DNA of 32,000 nucleotides, from contig NC_016012.1 in NCBI RefSeq assembly GCF_000283555.1, forward strand, positions 420,001 through 452,000, read 5' to 3'. The notes below the pieces were generated by a model, which had not been told where the DNA came from, did not search any database, and saw nothing but the letters and a program-made list of their open reading frames with translations. The position numbers were made by a program, and so were the translations under genes. Below, one piece after another: positions 18,001 to 25,324 of the stretch. Position 1 is the stretch's first letter, and every line of letters begins with the position of its first letter. Source of the DNA: Candidatus Arthromitus sp. SFB-rat-Yit (lineage in GTDB: Bacteria > Bacillota > Clostridia > Clostridiales > Clostridiaceae).

Positions 18001-19010
18001 TAAATGAATATGAAGCGAAATTTGTTGTAGATCTTTTGTTCAAGCATTTAAAAGTTAAAGAATACGAGGAATCCATTGGGATAGTTACAATAAATAGAAA
18101 TCATGCAGATTTAATTAAAAATGTAATCAAGGATAGATTAAAGTTAGATGAAGAATTTAATTTTTTGTATAATAAGGAGTGTAAAAAATACAAATCAAAT
18201 GATGGAATATATATAACAAGCATTTCTGAAATTTCATATAAGAAGATAGATATTGTAATATTTTCTTTAGGTGGCGAGAGAAATCTAGAAAATGAGATAG
18301 AAATTAAATTTAATGATATAGAAAATCAAAATTGTAGAAATAAATTAAACATGTTTTTGATGATGACTCAATGTGAAATGGATATAGTTACATCACTTAG
18401 TATAAGCGATATAGAAAATAAGGAATATTTTAATGAAAATATAAATGTTTTGAAGAAATATTTAAACTATGCTAATGAAATTTATAGTGGTAATATGATT
18501 AAAGTTATGGATGAATTAAATTATGGTGAGAAATTTGATAATAAATCTACCAAGATATTAGATATTATACATGATAAGCTAGTTGATAGAGGACTTATTG
18601 TAGAGAAAAATTTTGGAACGCAATTTTACAAATTTGATTTTGCAATATATGACAAAGATCTTAAAAAGTATATTTTATTTGTGGAATTTGAATCTAGTAT
18701 AATTCAAAAATTTAAAGATAAACCAGAAAGATACGTAGATTGTTTTATTTATTTTGATAAACTTGGATACAATGTTTTAAAAATTTGGAGCAGAGATTTA
18801 TGGAGCGATATAGATTTCCAGGTTGAAAATATAATTTATAATTATTTTTTAGTTAGAGATAAATTATTGAAATTGAGGTCTAAAAATATTTTAGTAGAAA
18901 ATTTAATTAATAAACATACGATCTTAAGTAAATTTGTAGATATTATTGAAAATAGACGAATAGAGTTGATTTGTGAAAATAGTGGAAATAAAAGTTTGAT
19001 AAAAAGATAG
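15090..19010 (+). CDS. Giant DUF4011 / SF1 (Upf1-like AAA_11/AAA_12) helicase-related protein with C-terminal DUF559/Vsr-like endonuclease-fold domain; catalytic motifs degenerate
   Basis: DUF4011-like core 'YIGYPFIEGY..VRMPFFLIPVEV'. Helicase-collinear blocks 'LDFDQKKSI', 'SLLVVSKNKEYLKKL', 'KKMVIFGSDNQ', 'IGIVTINRNHADLIKNVI', 'IDIVIFSLG'. C-terminal 'YKFDFAIYD..YILFVEFES..LGYNVLKIWSRDLW'. RBS AAGGTGA lies 7 nt before ATG 15090; the ORF-track start 15054 is a GTG upstream. Confidence 0.6.
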   Translation: MSDSLKRYQDVSINFSLDNKTIYLDNIYNEDFLDLYVLKSYNEDIYSNFINFIFSDSIEVLKIIEDPLTWQSDKLFKIKEEVNKIKKDKLSKFEESHDFPNIKDYEIFLDNFYKGNVSKNLDLVNIQYSNMNNVSLNLDKLCKGNKRSDLYIGYPFIEGYIDNVGFVRMPFFLIPVEVFSENNEWFIRKMLKRKIKINRYLIIIFQRILKRKNLEIKLDYDFNRDFKKDVLKVSLDFLKSLDIGFHNNDVILDNKFDEFLGMIRNLGSDKSDLDIKNYLVLGRFDVIGNKYEDYESLIYTDMSKTLVGRLISNDCDNKDNYKEDIYKEIYVKDKLDFDQKKSICLSDDSYITLINSNLDIGKDTTVTNFIFDKICKNKSLLVVSKNKEYLKKLYNEFSSTKPIIMDLFQSNFYQKFYRSFDRMLNFKKNSDITREFNEILDGINKNYRFIEDSNEIYNKIENFGLSLKDMYELTMNLGDNDIDKVSFSKFKLNNPVSGCTFDEIIGAIDKIKDENLIDIFISHKEYLNKHKILNSIREDFNFDDVNLYLGRLKSLREKYDKLSLDIDQNKCSESVVELFKENSFTKNEIIDKCFKCNEHYIESDKYDNSDVSEFWIKSLWFGKNNKKSTEVNKRALIDTEMYYEAVKKIDFDISFIKDIVKHDKFEFIRERVFSFNDITYFLDNLIEMMDSFHEFIEYSYKIKNFTTLVNDILEYVYNNSISEKMMKDNLDKILKFSIFVNISRRHSKHGDALENYKMVDRYFNNLIELFDKRASVLEKFILNNVMSEAKESLIGTDDKINKNDFSNISKYLIKDFINTFNKECLKLFPCFLVDYEEVFSRIPLIEGLFDYVVFVDGHNYFLEEIIPIVYRGKKMVIFGSDNQIDCSSRSYNIISRDVIEVSNNVFKFLGDKFNRVDLKYTYTSGNEIFRDISNCLFKTKDIISLPKDRKYSYMDNPFMIFTIGNKDIENINEYEAKFVVDLLFKHLKVKEYEESIGIVTINRNHADLIKNVIKDRLKLDEEFNFLYNKECKKYKSNDGIYITSISEISYKKIDIVIFSLGGERNLENEIEIKFNDIENQNCRNKLNMFLMMTQCEMDIVTSLSISDIENKEYFNENINVLKKYLNYANEIYSGNMIKVMDELNYGEKFDNKSTKILDIIHDKLVDRGLIVEKNFGTQFYKFDFAIYDKDLKKYILFVEFESSIIQKFKDKPERYVDCFIYFDKLGYNVLKIWSRDLWSDIDFQVENIIYNYFLVRDKLLKLRSKNILVENLINKHTILSKFVDIIENRRIELICENSGNKSLIKR

Positions 19011-19033
19011 TAGTGAAACTACTATCTTTTTTT
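19006..19033 (+). terminator. Intrinsic terminator after the helicase-like gene
   Basis: GATAGTAGT (19006-19014), loop GAA, ACTACTATC (19018-19026), followed by seven T (19027-19033). The stop codon lies in the stem. Confidence 0.8.
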
Positions 19034-19049
19034 GATTACAAAATTATTT

Positions 19050-19105
19050 CAAAATATTGAATAAAGTGTTGAAATGTGTTAATATATTGTTTACAAAATA
19101 TTGAA
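19050..19105 (+). promoter_or_regulatory. Direct repeat pair CAAAATATTGAA flanking the essC core promoter (operator-like)
   Basis: Identical 12-mers at 19050-19061 (overlapping the -35) and 19094-19105 (just after the -10/+1). A partial third copy TTACAAAAT is at 19036-19044. Confidence 0.4.
19057..19085 (+). promoter_or_regulatory. Sigma-A type promoter of essC-esaB
   Basis: TTGAAT (19057-19062), 17-nt spacer, TAATAT (19080-19085). It lies ~40 nt upstream of the essC ATG. RBS AGAGGGGA at 19115-19122. Confidence 0.55.
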
Positions 19106-19124
19106 AAATTTTTAAGAGGGGATT

Positions 19125-22100
19125 ATGAAAAGGGTAAAAATTTATGTTTTCTATAAAAATAAATTTATAGAATGGGATATTGAAAGTTTCCAAAATAGTT
19201 CTATTGAATTTTTATTGGATAAAGATATAACTTTATTTTCTAGAAATTATTCATTTCATTTTGAATATGAGAATGGGAATTATATATTAAAACCTTTTAA
19301 TGAATTTGAACTCATCTATAAAGATCAAAAATTAAATTCAAAATTAATTTTAGATGGAGATGTAATTATCTGTGATTTAATTGGGGATAAATCTAAGGTT
19401 ATTTTATTTATACAGTATGAGGATTTTTTAGGTTGTAGTTTTTATAAGTGTAAGTTAAACGGGATTTCACAGATAAAGATTGGGAAAAATAATTATGCAG
19501 ATATCACATATTCTAACTCTAATTTATTAGATTACCATATTATTTTAAATTTTAAGAAAAATAGTGCAGAGCTTATAAGCAATGCTGGAGGATGTTATTT
19601 AAATAATATAAAGACTTTAAGTGGAAAAGTTTTATTTGGAGATATAATTTTTATTTATGGGCTCAAGATCGTTTATTTAGGGGATTATATTGCTGTAAAT
19701 AATCCAAATGGAAAAGTAACTTCTAGCTTAAAGTTTTCTAATGATGATATTGAAGAAATGGAAATGATAAAATCTACTAATATTAGTAGAGGAGTCGAGG
19801 ATGATAGCAAGGTTTACTTGGATTTAGATGAAATTATAGAATTTCGAGTTGATCCTCCTGTTGTTCGTGATTATAATCTTTTGAAAATTTTATGTATTGG
19901 ATTAATTCCACTAAGTGTGATAGGCGTAGTAATTTGTGTTTTGACTTTCAATTATATAGAGGCAAGTTATATTTATTCTATTATAGTTGGGGCAGCAGGT
20001 TCTTTGATTGTTATACTTCTTTTGTGTTTGTTAATGTATTTTAGAGTTAATAATACAAGGCAAAAAGAGAAGTACGATTCATATTTAAATGATAAATTTA
20101 AAGAAATATCGGTGATTAAAGAAGAATGGGTGAGAGCTTTATCCCAAAGATATCCAAAAGCTATTGACTGTTATGAAAGCGTTATTAATTTTGATAATAA
20201 TGTTTGGAATAGGGTTTGTAGAGAAAATAATTTGTTGAGCTTGACAATAGGGCAAAGTGAATCTTATTTTGGAAATTTAAAAATTTTAACTGAAAATGCT
20301 AAAGATAATAAACTTTTCGATTCCCATAAGATACTTAAGAAAGTACCGATAACCATACCTCTTAAAAAGATAAATAAACTTTCGGTTGTATCTGATATGC
20401 ATAAAAATTATGATGTATTTAAAAATTTTGTAGTGCAACTTACAAGCAATAATTCATATAAAGATTTAAAAATTGTTACAATTGCATCAAAAGATCATGA
20501 AGAAAACATAAATTTTGTAAAATTAATCCCGCATGCTTATTCTGATAAAAATGATTTTAGATATTTTGCCGTAAACGATGATGAAGTAATTGACGTTTTA
20601 CATAATTTACGCAAAATAATACGAGAGAGAAAAAATATTCTAAAACAAAATCCTAAGTACGTTTTTAGAACATCTTATATTGTTTTCTTATTCTATAATT
20701 TTACAATTCCGATGGATCAGTTTTTAAATTATATAAAAAGTGTTGGAAGTCCATTAAATATTCATTTTGTAATTTTCACAATTAACAAAAAAGATATTCC
20801 TGAATGTTTTAAATATATACTTGATGTGGCTGAAAAAGATCAGACTCTTTATAATGTCCGAGAAAATGGAATTAAGAAGGTTGTTTTACCTTATGACTAT
20901 GGTGATATTGCTAATTTGATTGATATGGACAAGTTCACAAATGCATTATCTAAGATAAAATTAATTACAGATGGAATGGTTAAAGGATTTGAAAGTAAAT
21001 CAATTTATGATTTATATGAAATTTCTTCAGTTAAAGATTTAAATATTGAAGAAAGATGGAGAAAAAATAAATTATTAAGTTCTCTGAATATACCAGTTGC
21101 TACTAAGGATTTAAAAGATGTATTTACGCTTAATATACATGAAAAACATGATGGTATAAATGGAATAATATTTGGCGAAAGTGGCGTTGGAAAGACTGAA
21201 CTATTGAAAAATATAATACTTTCATATTCAATAAATTTAAGTCCAAATTTGTTGAATTTTATAATTGTTAAATCAAACTACAATATTAAATTTAATAATT
21301 TTATACATCTCCCTCATGTCCTCGATATTTTGGACAAGGAGGATCTTTCAGAAAAGAATAGATTGATAGATCTTATTAAAAATGAAGTTGGTAAGAGGCA
21401 AAAATTATTCGATAGTATAGGTGTTAAAGATATAGATTCATATTTAAACATCTATGAAAGTTATTCAGATATTACGGTGATTTCACATTTAGTCATTGTT
21501 ATAGATGATGTTTGTGATGATGATATTAATTTTATAGATGAGTTATCTCAAATGTATTCATCAATGCTTAGTACAGGGATTCATATTATTGTATCTTCTA
21601 ATTGTGTTAGCTCATTTGTTGAAAAAGAGAATATTTTAAATAATTTTGATTTTAAAATATGTTTTAGGTTATCCGATGTTAAAGATTTATTTGAAATTAT
21701 GGGAGAAAATGAAACCTTAAATTCGAATTCTACGGGTAAATTTAATGTAAGATTGTCGGATAGTGTTGTAGTTAATAATGTTCAAAATGTATATTCAAAT
21801 TATTATGTTGAAGATCATACAGAACAATTAGGAATAGAACTTGTAAATAATTGTGGTACTGTTAATAAAAAAATCGTAAGGTCAAATGAAATAAATGAAT
21901 TTGTACTTCAAGAGGATGAAATAATAAATGAAATTATAAATCTTTCATCTGACATAAATATGGTGAATATGTCGCCTTTTAATAGTTCACTTAGATATTT
22001 AAGCCTTCATGATTTATCTGGATATAATAGTAATTTTAATGGATTTATGTGGACTGAGTCGGATAAGCCTTGTGATGCAATAGTTGGGGTTGTTGATGAT

Positions 22101-23414
22101 CCGAAGTATCAAGTTCAAAGATTTTTAAGTGTGGATTTTAAAAATGTAGGAAATTTATTTGTATTTGGATCACCTGGAACAGGTAAAAGTAATCTTATTA
22201 AAACTCTTATTTATTCTCTATGTTGTGAATATAAAGAAAGCAATTTAAATGTATATATTGTCGATCCTAATACTAGAAATACAGATTGTTTCGGATATGC
22301 ACCACATGTTAAAAATATAGCATATACAAAAAATGAGATTAATTCTTTATTTAGAAAAATATTGGAAGAATTTGAACTTAGAAAAAAGATATTTGATAAT
22401 TTAGATATTTCAACAATTGATCAATATAAATTGAGAGTTGGGGAAGAACTACCGAATATAGTTTTAACAATTGATAGTATACAGGAAATTTTAGATGATA
22501 AATGGGATTATATGAAATTTATCAGAATGATAGCAAGAGATGGTAAATTTTATGGCATTTATGTTTGCATAACTTCATCTGAGTATGGAAACACAGAAAT
22601 TAATTTAAGTGAGTATTTTGATAATAAGTTTGTATTGAGATTTAACGACGAGTCCCTATATAAAAAAATATTAGGAAAAGATTATAAGATAGATTCCAAA
22701 TTTAAAGGAAGAGGTATAGTTAATTATAGTGATTCATTAGGAGAGAGGATTCTTGAATTCCAAATAGCCTTGCCAATGATGAGTAATAATGACGTTGATC
22801 TTAACAATAAATTGAAGCGTTTATTTACGCATATGAATGAAGTTAATAATAAAATTTATCTTGGATCAGAAATTATGGATGCATTAGAGTGTGAAGAAAT
22901 TAAAGAAGATAACTCGAATAATAACGATAATGATCAAGTGAAAAATTTAAATAGTTATTTAAATGATTTTATAGATAATTATAATAATTTGTGTGTTGTA
23001 TGTGATTTGGAAAATAATGATGATGTTTTGTATGATATAAATAAAGCTGTGGGAGAAAAAGGGATTAAATCTTACTTTTTTCAAAACCGAGATTTAAATG
23101 AAAATGAAGTAGAAGAATTAATAAATTGGATGGATTCTATAAGTGACGAGAGTGTTTTTGTTATTATAAGTAATATAGAGGGATTAATATCTTCATGTAA
23201 TGATAGAATGATTGAGTTATTTAATTCTATTTTGAAGAGGGAATCTAGAAAAATGTATTTCATTACATCTATATATAAAACTAGTAATGTAAATGAGAAG
23301 TGTTCAGAGGTAATAGATTTATTGATTTCAAATGGGGCAAGTATGATTATAAATGATGATAGAAGTGCAACGATTTTATATAAATCTCAAAAGGATCTTA
23401 TTAAGATAAATTAG
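19125..23414 (+). CDS. essC: Type VII secretion (T7SSb) FtsK/SpoIIIE-family ATPase EssC/YukB-like
   Basis: N-terminal FHA-like modules ('IKIGKNNYADITY...GCYLNN...LFGDIIFIYGLKIVYLG'). Two TM helices (LLKILCIGLIPLSVIGVVICVLTF; SYIYSIIVGAAGSLIVILLLCLLMYF). EssC-typical 'YPKAIDCYESV...VWNR'. P-loop domains with GESGVGKT and GSPGTGKS, and 'HLPHVLDILDKED' / 'KRQKLF' blocks. Confidence 0.9.
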   Translation: MKRVKIYVFYKNKFIEWDIESFQNSSIEFLLDKDITLFSRNYSFHFEYENGNYILKPFNEFELIYKDQKLNSKLILDGDVIICDLIGDKSKVILFIQYEDFLGCSFYKCKLNGISQIKIGKNNYADITYSNSNLLDYHIILNFKKNSAELISNAGGCYLNNIKTLSGKVLFGDIIFIYGLKIVYLGDYIAVNNPNGKVTSSLKFSNDDIEEMEMIKSTNISRGVEDDSKVYLDLDEIIEFRVDPPVVRDYNLLKILCIGLIPLSVIGVVICVLTFNYIEASYIYSIIVGAAGSLIVILLLCLLMYFRVNNTRQKEKYDSYLNDKFKEISVIKEEWVRALSQRYPKAIDCYESVINFDNNVWNRVCRENNLLSLTIGQSESYFGNLKILTENAKDNKLFDSHKILKKVPITIPLKKINKLSVVSDMHKNYDVFKNFVVQLTSNNSYKDLKIVTIASKDHEENINFVKLIPHAYSDKNDFRYFAVNDDEVIDVLHNLRKIIRERKNILKQNPKYVFRTSYIVFLFYNFTIPMDQFLNYIKSVGSPLNIHFVIFTINKKDIPECFKYILDVAEKDQTLYNVRENGIKKVVLPYDYGDIANLIDMDKFTNALSKIKLITDGMVKGFESKSIYDLYEISSVKDLNIEERWRKNKLLSSLNIPVATKDLKDVFTLNIHEKHDGINGIIFGESGVGKTELLKNIILSYSINLSPNLLNFIIVKSNYNIKFNNFIHLPHVLDILDKEDLSEKNRLIDLIKNEVGKRQKLFDSIGVKDIDSYLNIYESYSDITVISHLVIVIDDVCDDDINFIDELSQMYSSMLSTGIHIIVSSNCVSSFVEKENILNNFDFKICFRLSDVKDLFEIMGENETLNSNSTGKFNVRLSDSVVVNNVQNVYSNYYVEDHTEQLGIELVNNCGTVNKKIVRSNEINEFVLQEDEIINEIINLSSDINMVNMSPFNSSLRYLSLHDLSGYNSNFNGFMWTESDKPCDAIVGVVDDPKYQVQRFLSVDFKNVGNLFVFGSPGTGKSNLIKTLIYSLCCEYKESNLNVYIVDPNTRNTDCFGYAPHVKNIAYTKNEINSLFRKILEEFELRKKIFDNLDISTIDQYKLRVGEELPNIVLTIDSIQEILDDKWDYMKFIRMIARDGKFYGIYVCITSSEYGNTEINLSEYFDNKFVLRFNDESLYKKILGKDYKIDSKFKGRGIVNYSDSLGERILEFQIALPMMSNNDVDLNNKLKRLFTHMNEVNNKIYLGSEIMDALECEEIKEDNSNNNDNDQVKNLNSYLNDFIDNYNNLCVVCDLENNDDVLYDINKAVGEKGIKSYFFQNRDLNENEVEELINWMDSISDESVFVIISNIEGLISSCNDRMIELFNSILKRESRKMYFITSIYKTSNVNEKCSEVIDLLISNGASMIINDDRSATILYKSQKDLIKIN

Positions 23415-23432
23415 TAATTTGGGGGAATATAC

Positions 23433-23678
23433 ATGGTTTATTTACAGGTATATGTGCCGGATAAAAATAGGTTTTTTGATTATAGAGTATCGAGAAAAAT
23501 AAATATTTGTAATTTAAAAAGCTTAATTGTTGAATCAATATATAATATAAAATGTGATGATGAGTTTATAAGGAATAATTACTCGTTAATAGATTTTAAT
23601 TGTAGAAGAAGATTGAAAGATGATATAAATTTGTGTAATTATTCTATTTATAATGGATATAAATTTTTGTTAATATAG
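23433..23678 (+). CDS. esaB: YukD/EsaB-like ubiquitin-fold T7SS accessory protein
   Basis: 81 aa, starting 18 nt after essC with a GGGGGA RBS. The pattern 'LQVYVPDKNRFFDYRVSRKINICNLKSLIVESI....L.DDINLCNYSIYNGYKFLLI' matches the YukD layout: a beta-strand start, 'D.R.s....i..L', and a C-terminal 'i.nGd.l.l'. Confidence 0.65.
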   Translation: MVYLQVYVPDKNRFFDYRVSRKINICNLKSLIVESIYNIKCDDEFIRNNYSLIDFNCRRRLKDDINLCNYSIYNGYKFLLI

Positions 23679-23685
23679 AACCAAT

Positions 23686-23723
23686 AAGAGCATGCTTGAA
23701 TGTAAGCATGCTCTTTAATTTTT
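23686..23723 (+). terminator. Strong intrinsic terminator after esaB
   Basis: Perfect 12-bp stem AAGAGCATGCTT (23686-23697) / AAGCATGCTCTT (23704-23715) with a 6-nt loop, followed by TAATTTTT. Confidence 0.85.
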
Positions 23724-23770
23724 AAACATATATAGTAAGTGAATATTTTTATTTTATTTTTGGAGGTAGA

Positions 23771-25285
23771 ATGATTAATAAAATAAAAAATCTTATCATG
23801 ATAAGTTTTATTGCTATACTAATGAGTAATTTTAATGTGATTTCGGGTGCTAAAAATAATATAGGAACAGAGATTTTAAACAGTTATAATACTGGGGAGT
23901 TAATTTATTTAATAAATGAGGATGGGGAATTAGTTAGATTAAATAGAAATATGAAAGATATAGTTCCTGAAAATATGCCTAAACTTCTATCTATTAATGT
24001 TTATGAGGATGATTTTTTTGCACTTACTAGGGAACATGAACTTATTTCTTCTGAGAATTTTAAAACATCAAAAAATATAAGTAAGATTGATAAAAAATTT
24101 TTATTAACATTAGATGGGAAAGTATCTTCATTTGATATAAAAAATTCTAGAGTATTTGGGGATTTTAAAAATGTTAAAGATATAAAAGCTCTAAGTGATA
24201 ATGCAGTTGTGATATATGATGTTCAAGGTAATATAAGTATTGTTAATATTGGAAATTCCAAAATAATGAGCATAAAAAATTTATCAGATATAGAAGATGT
24301 AAATATTTTTAATGAAAATTTGATATTGGTTATAAAAAAAGATGGAACTATGATGGGATTTGGTGATGATTATAATAAGGTTTCCAAAATTATAGAATCA
24401 ATAAAGAACGCAAAAAAATTTATACACCAAATGGATAATTTATATGTTGTAACTTATGACAATAAAGCAATACCAATAATTGAAAATGGTTTTAAAGCAC
24501 CTGAAGAGTATTTGAGAGATATATCTGATATTACTATTAGTAATTTTTCAAATAGTGAAGGCGAATTTTACAAATCTTATTTTGTGACTACTGAAGGAAA
24601 AGTTTCTTATTATATACAAAGTGATAATGAGATAAGTAGTTTTAATAAACAGAAAATTGATTATATTAATGGGTTTGATAATGTAGAAAAAGTTTATGAA
24701 TCAGGGTATTTGACTATAGTACTTCATAGAGATGGTTCTATAACGATACCTTTTAATATTCATCATGAATTGAATGGAATTACAGGTGTAACTAATATTG
24801 AACTTAAAAATCAAAGTTATGTTGTTTATTTAGATAATGGACATGCTATAACATCGCTTGATAATATTATACTAAATGATAGAGGTTCATTTGATAAACG
24901 TGAAGAGATTTCAGATTTATATGAATATTTTAATGTTATTTCGTTAAATACTGTAAATAGGGAAATTAATAAAGAAGATTTTGAAAATATGAGAGAGTCT
25001 ATTTTAAATGACAAGGAATCATTTAAAAATGTTATAAGAAGTTTGTGCTTAGATAGAAAATTCATCTTGATAGATATTGGGTATGATGAAATAATAGAGA
25101 GATTATATTATTCTGTTTTGAATGTCAAACCAAGTTCTGATGAATATAATCATATTTTATATGAAATAATTGAAAAATCAGAGAAAGATAACATGGGCAA
25201 GGAACAAATTATAATTCAGATTGTGAATTATATGTTTGAAAATCCATTATTTGAGGATATATTTAAGAAACTTACTCAAACATAG
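23771..25285 (+). CDS. Secreted beta-propeller-like (RCC1-like repeat) protein with DUF4214-like C-terminal domain
   Basis: Sec signal peptide MINKIKNLIMISFIAILMSNFNVISGA. Repeated 'hhhh..DG.h' blades (LINEDGELVRL, LTLDGKVSSF, VIKKDGTMMGFG, VTTEGKVSYY, VLHRDGSITIPF, VYLDNGHAITS). C-terminal 'IIERLYYSVLNVKPSSDEYNHIL...IVNYMFENPLFEDIF' resembles DUF4214. GGAGG RBS. Confidence 0.55.
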   Translation: MINKIKNLIMISFIAILMSNFNVISGAKNNIGTEILNSYNTGELIYLINEDGELVRLNRNMKDIVPENMPKLLSINVYEDDFFALTREHELISSENFKTSKNISKIDKKFLLTLDGKVSSFDIKNSRVFGDFKNVKDIKALSDNAVVIYDVQGNISIVNIGNSKIMSIKNLSDIEDVNIFNENLILVIKKDGTMMGFGDDYNKVSKIIESIKNAKKFIHQMDNLYVVTYDNKAIPIIENGFKAPEEYLRDISDITISNFSNSEGEFYKSYFVTTEGKVSYYIQSDNEISSFNKQKIDYINGFDNVEKVYESGYLTIVLHRDGSITIPFNIHHELNGITGVTNIELKNQSYVVYLDNGHAITSLDNIILNDRGSFDKREEISDLYEYFNVISLNTVNREINKEDFENMRESILNDKESFKNVIRSLCLDRKFILIDIGYDEIIERLYYSVLNVKPSSDEYNHILYEIIEKSEKDNMGKEQIIIQIVNYMFENPLFEDIFKKLTQT

Positions 25286-25295
25286 TTTTACGTAG

Positions 25296-25324
25296 TTGAA
25301 TATATTTTTACCCTTATGTATATT
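25296..25324 (+). promoter_or_regulatory. Candidate sigma-A promoter of the cytidylate-kinase-like gene
   Basis: TTGAAT (25296-25301), 17-nt spacer, TATATT (25319-25324). Confidence 0.4.

Noticed and set aside
15090-19010. Calling the giant protein an active anti-phage helicase-nuclease (Nhi-like or Mokosh-like)
   Set aside because: Those systems depend on functional SF1 helicase and nuclease motifs. Here the Walker A/B, motif III, motif VI and nuclease acidic residues all look substituted. An active defence enzyme cannot be supported from sequence, so only the fold-level relationship is claimed.
23771-25285. The 504-aa downstream protein as the missing T7SS substrate
   Set aside because: It has a classical cleavable Sec signal peptide and no WXG/LXG-type helical hairpin N-terminus. 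It is also separated from essC-esaB by a strong terminator.
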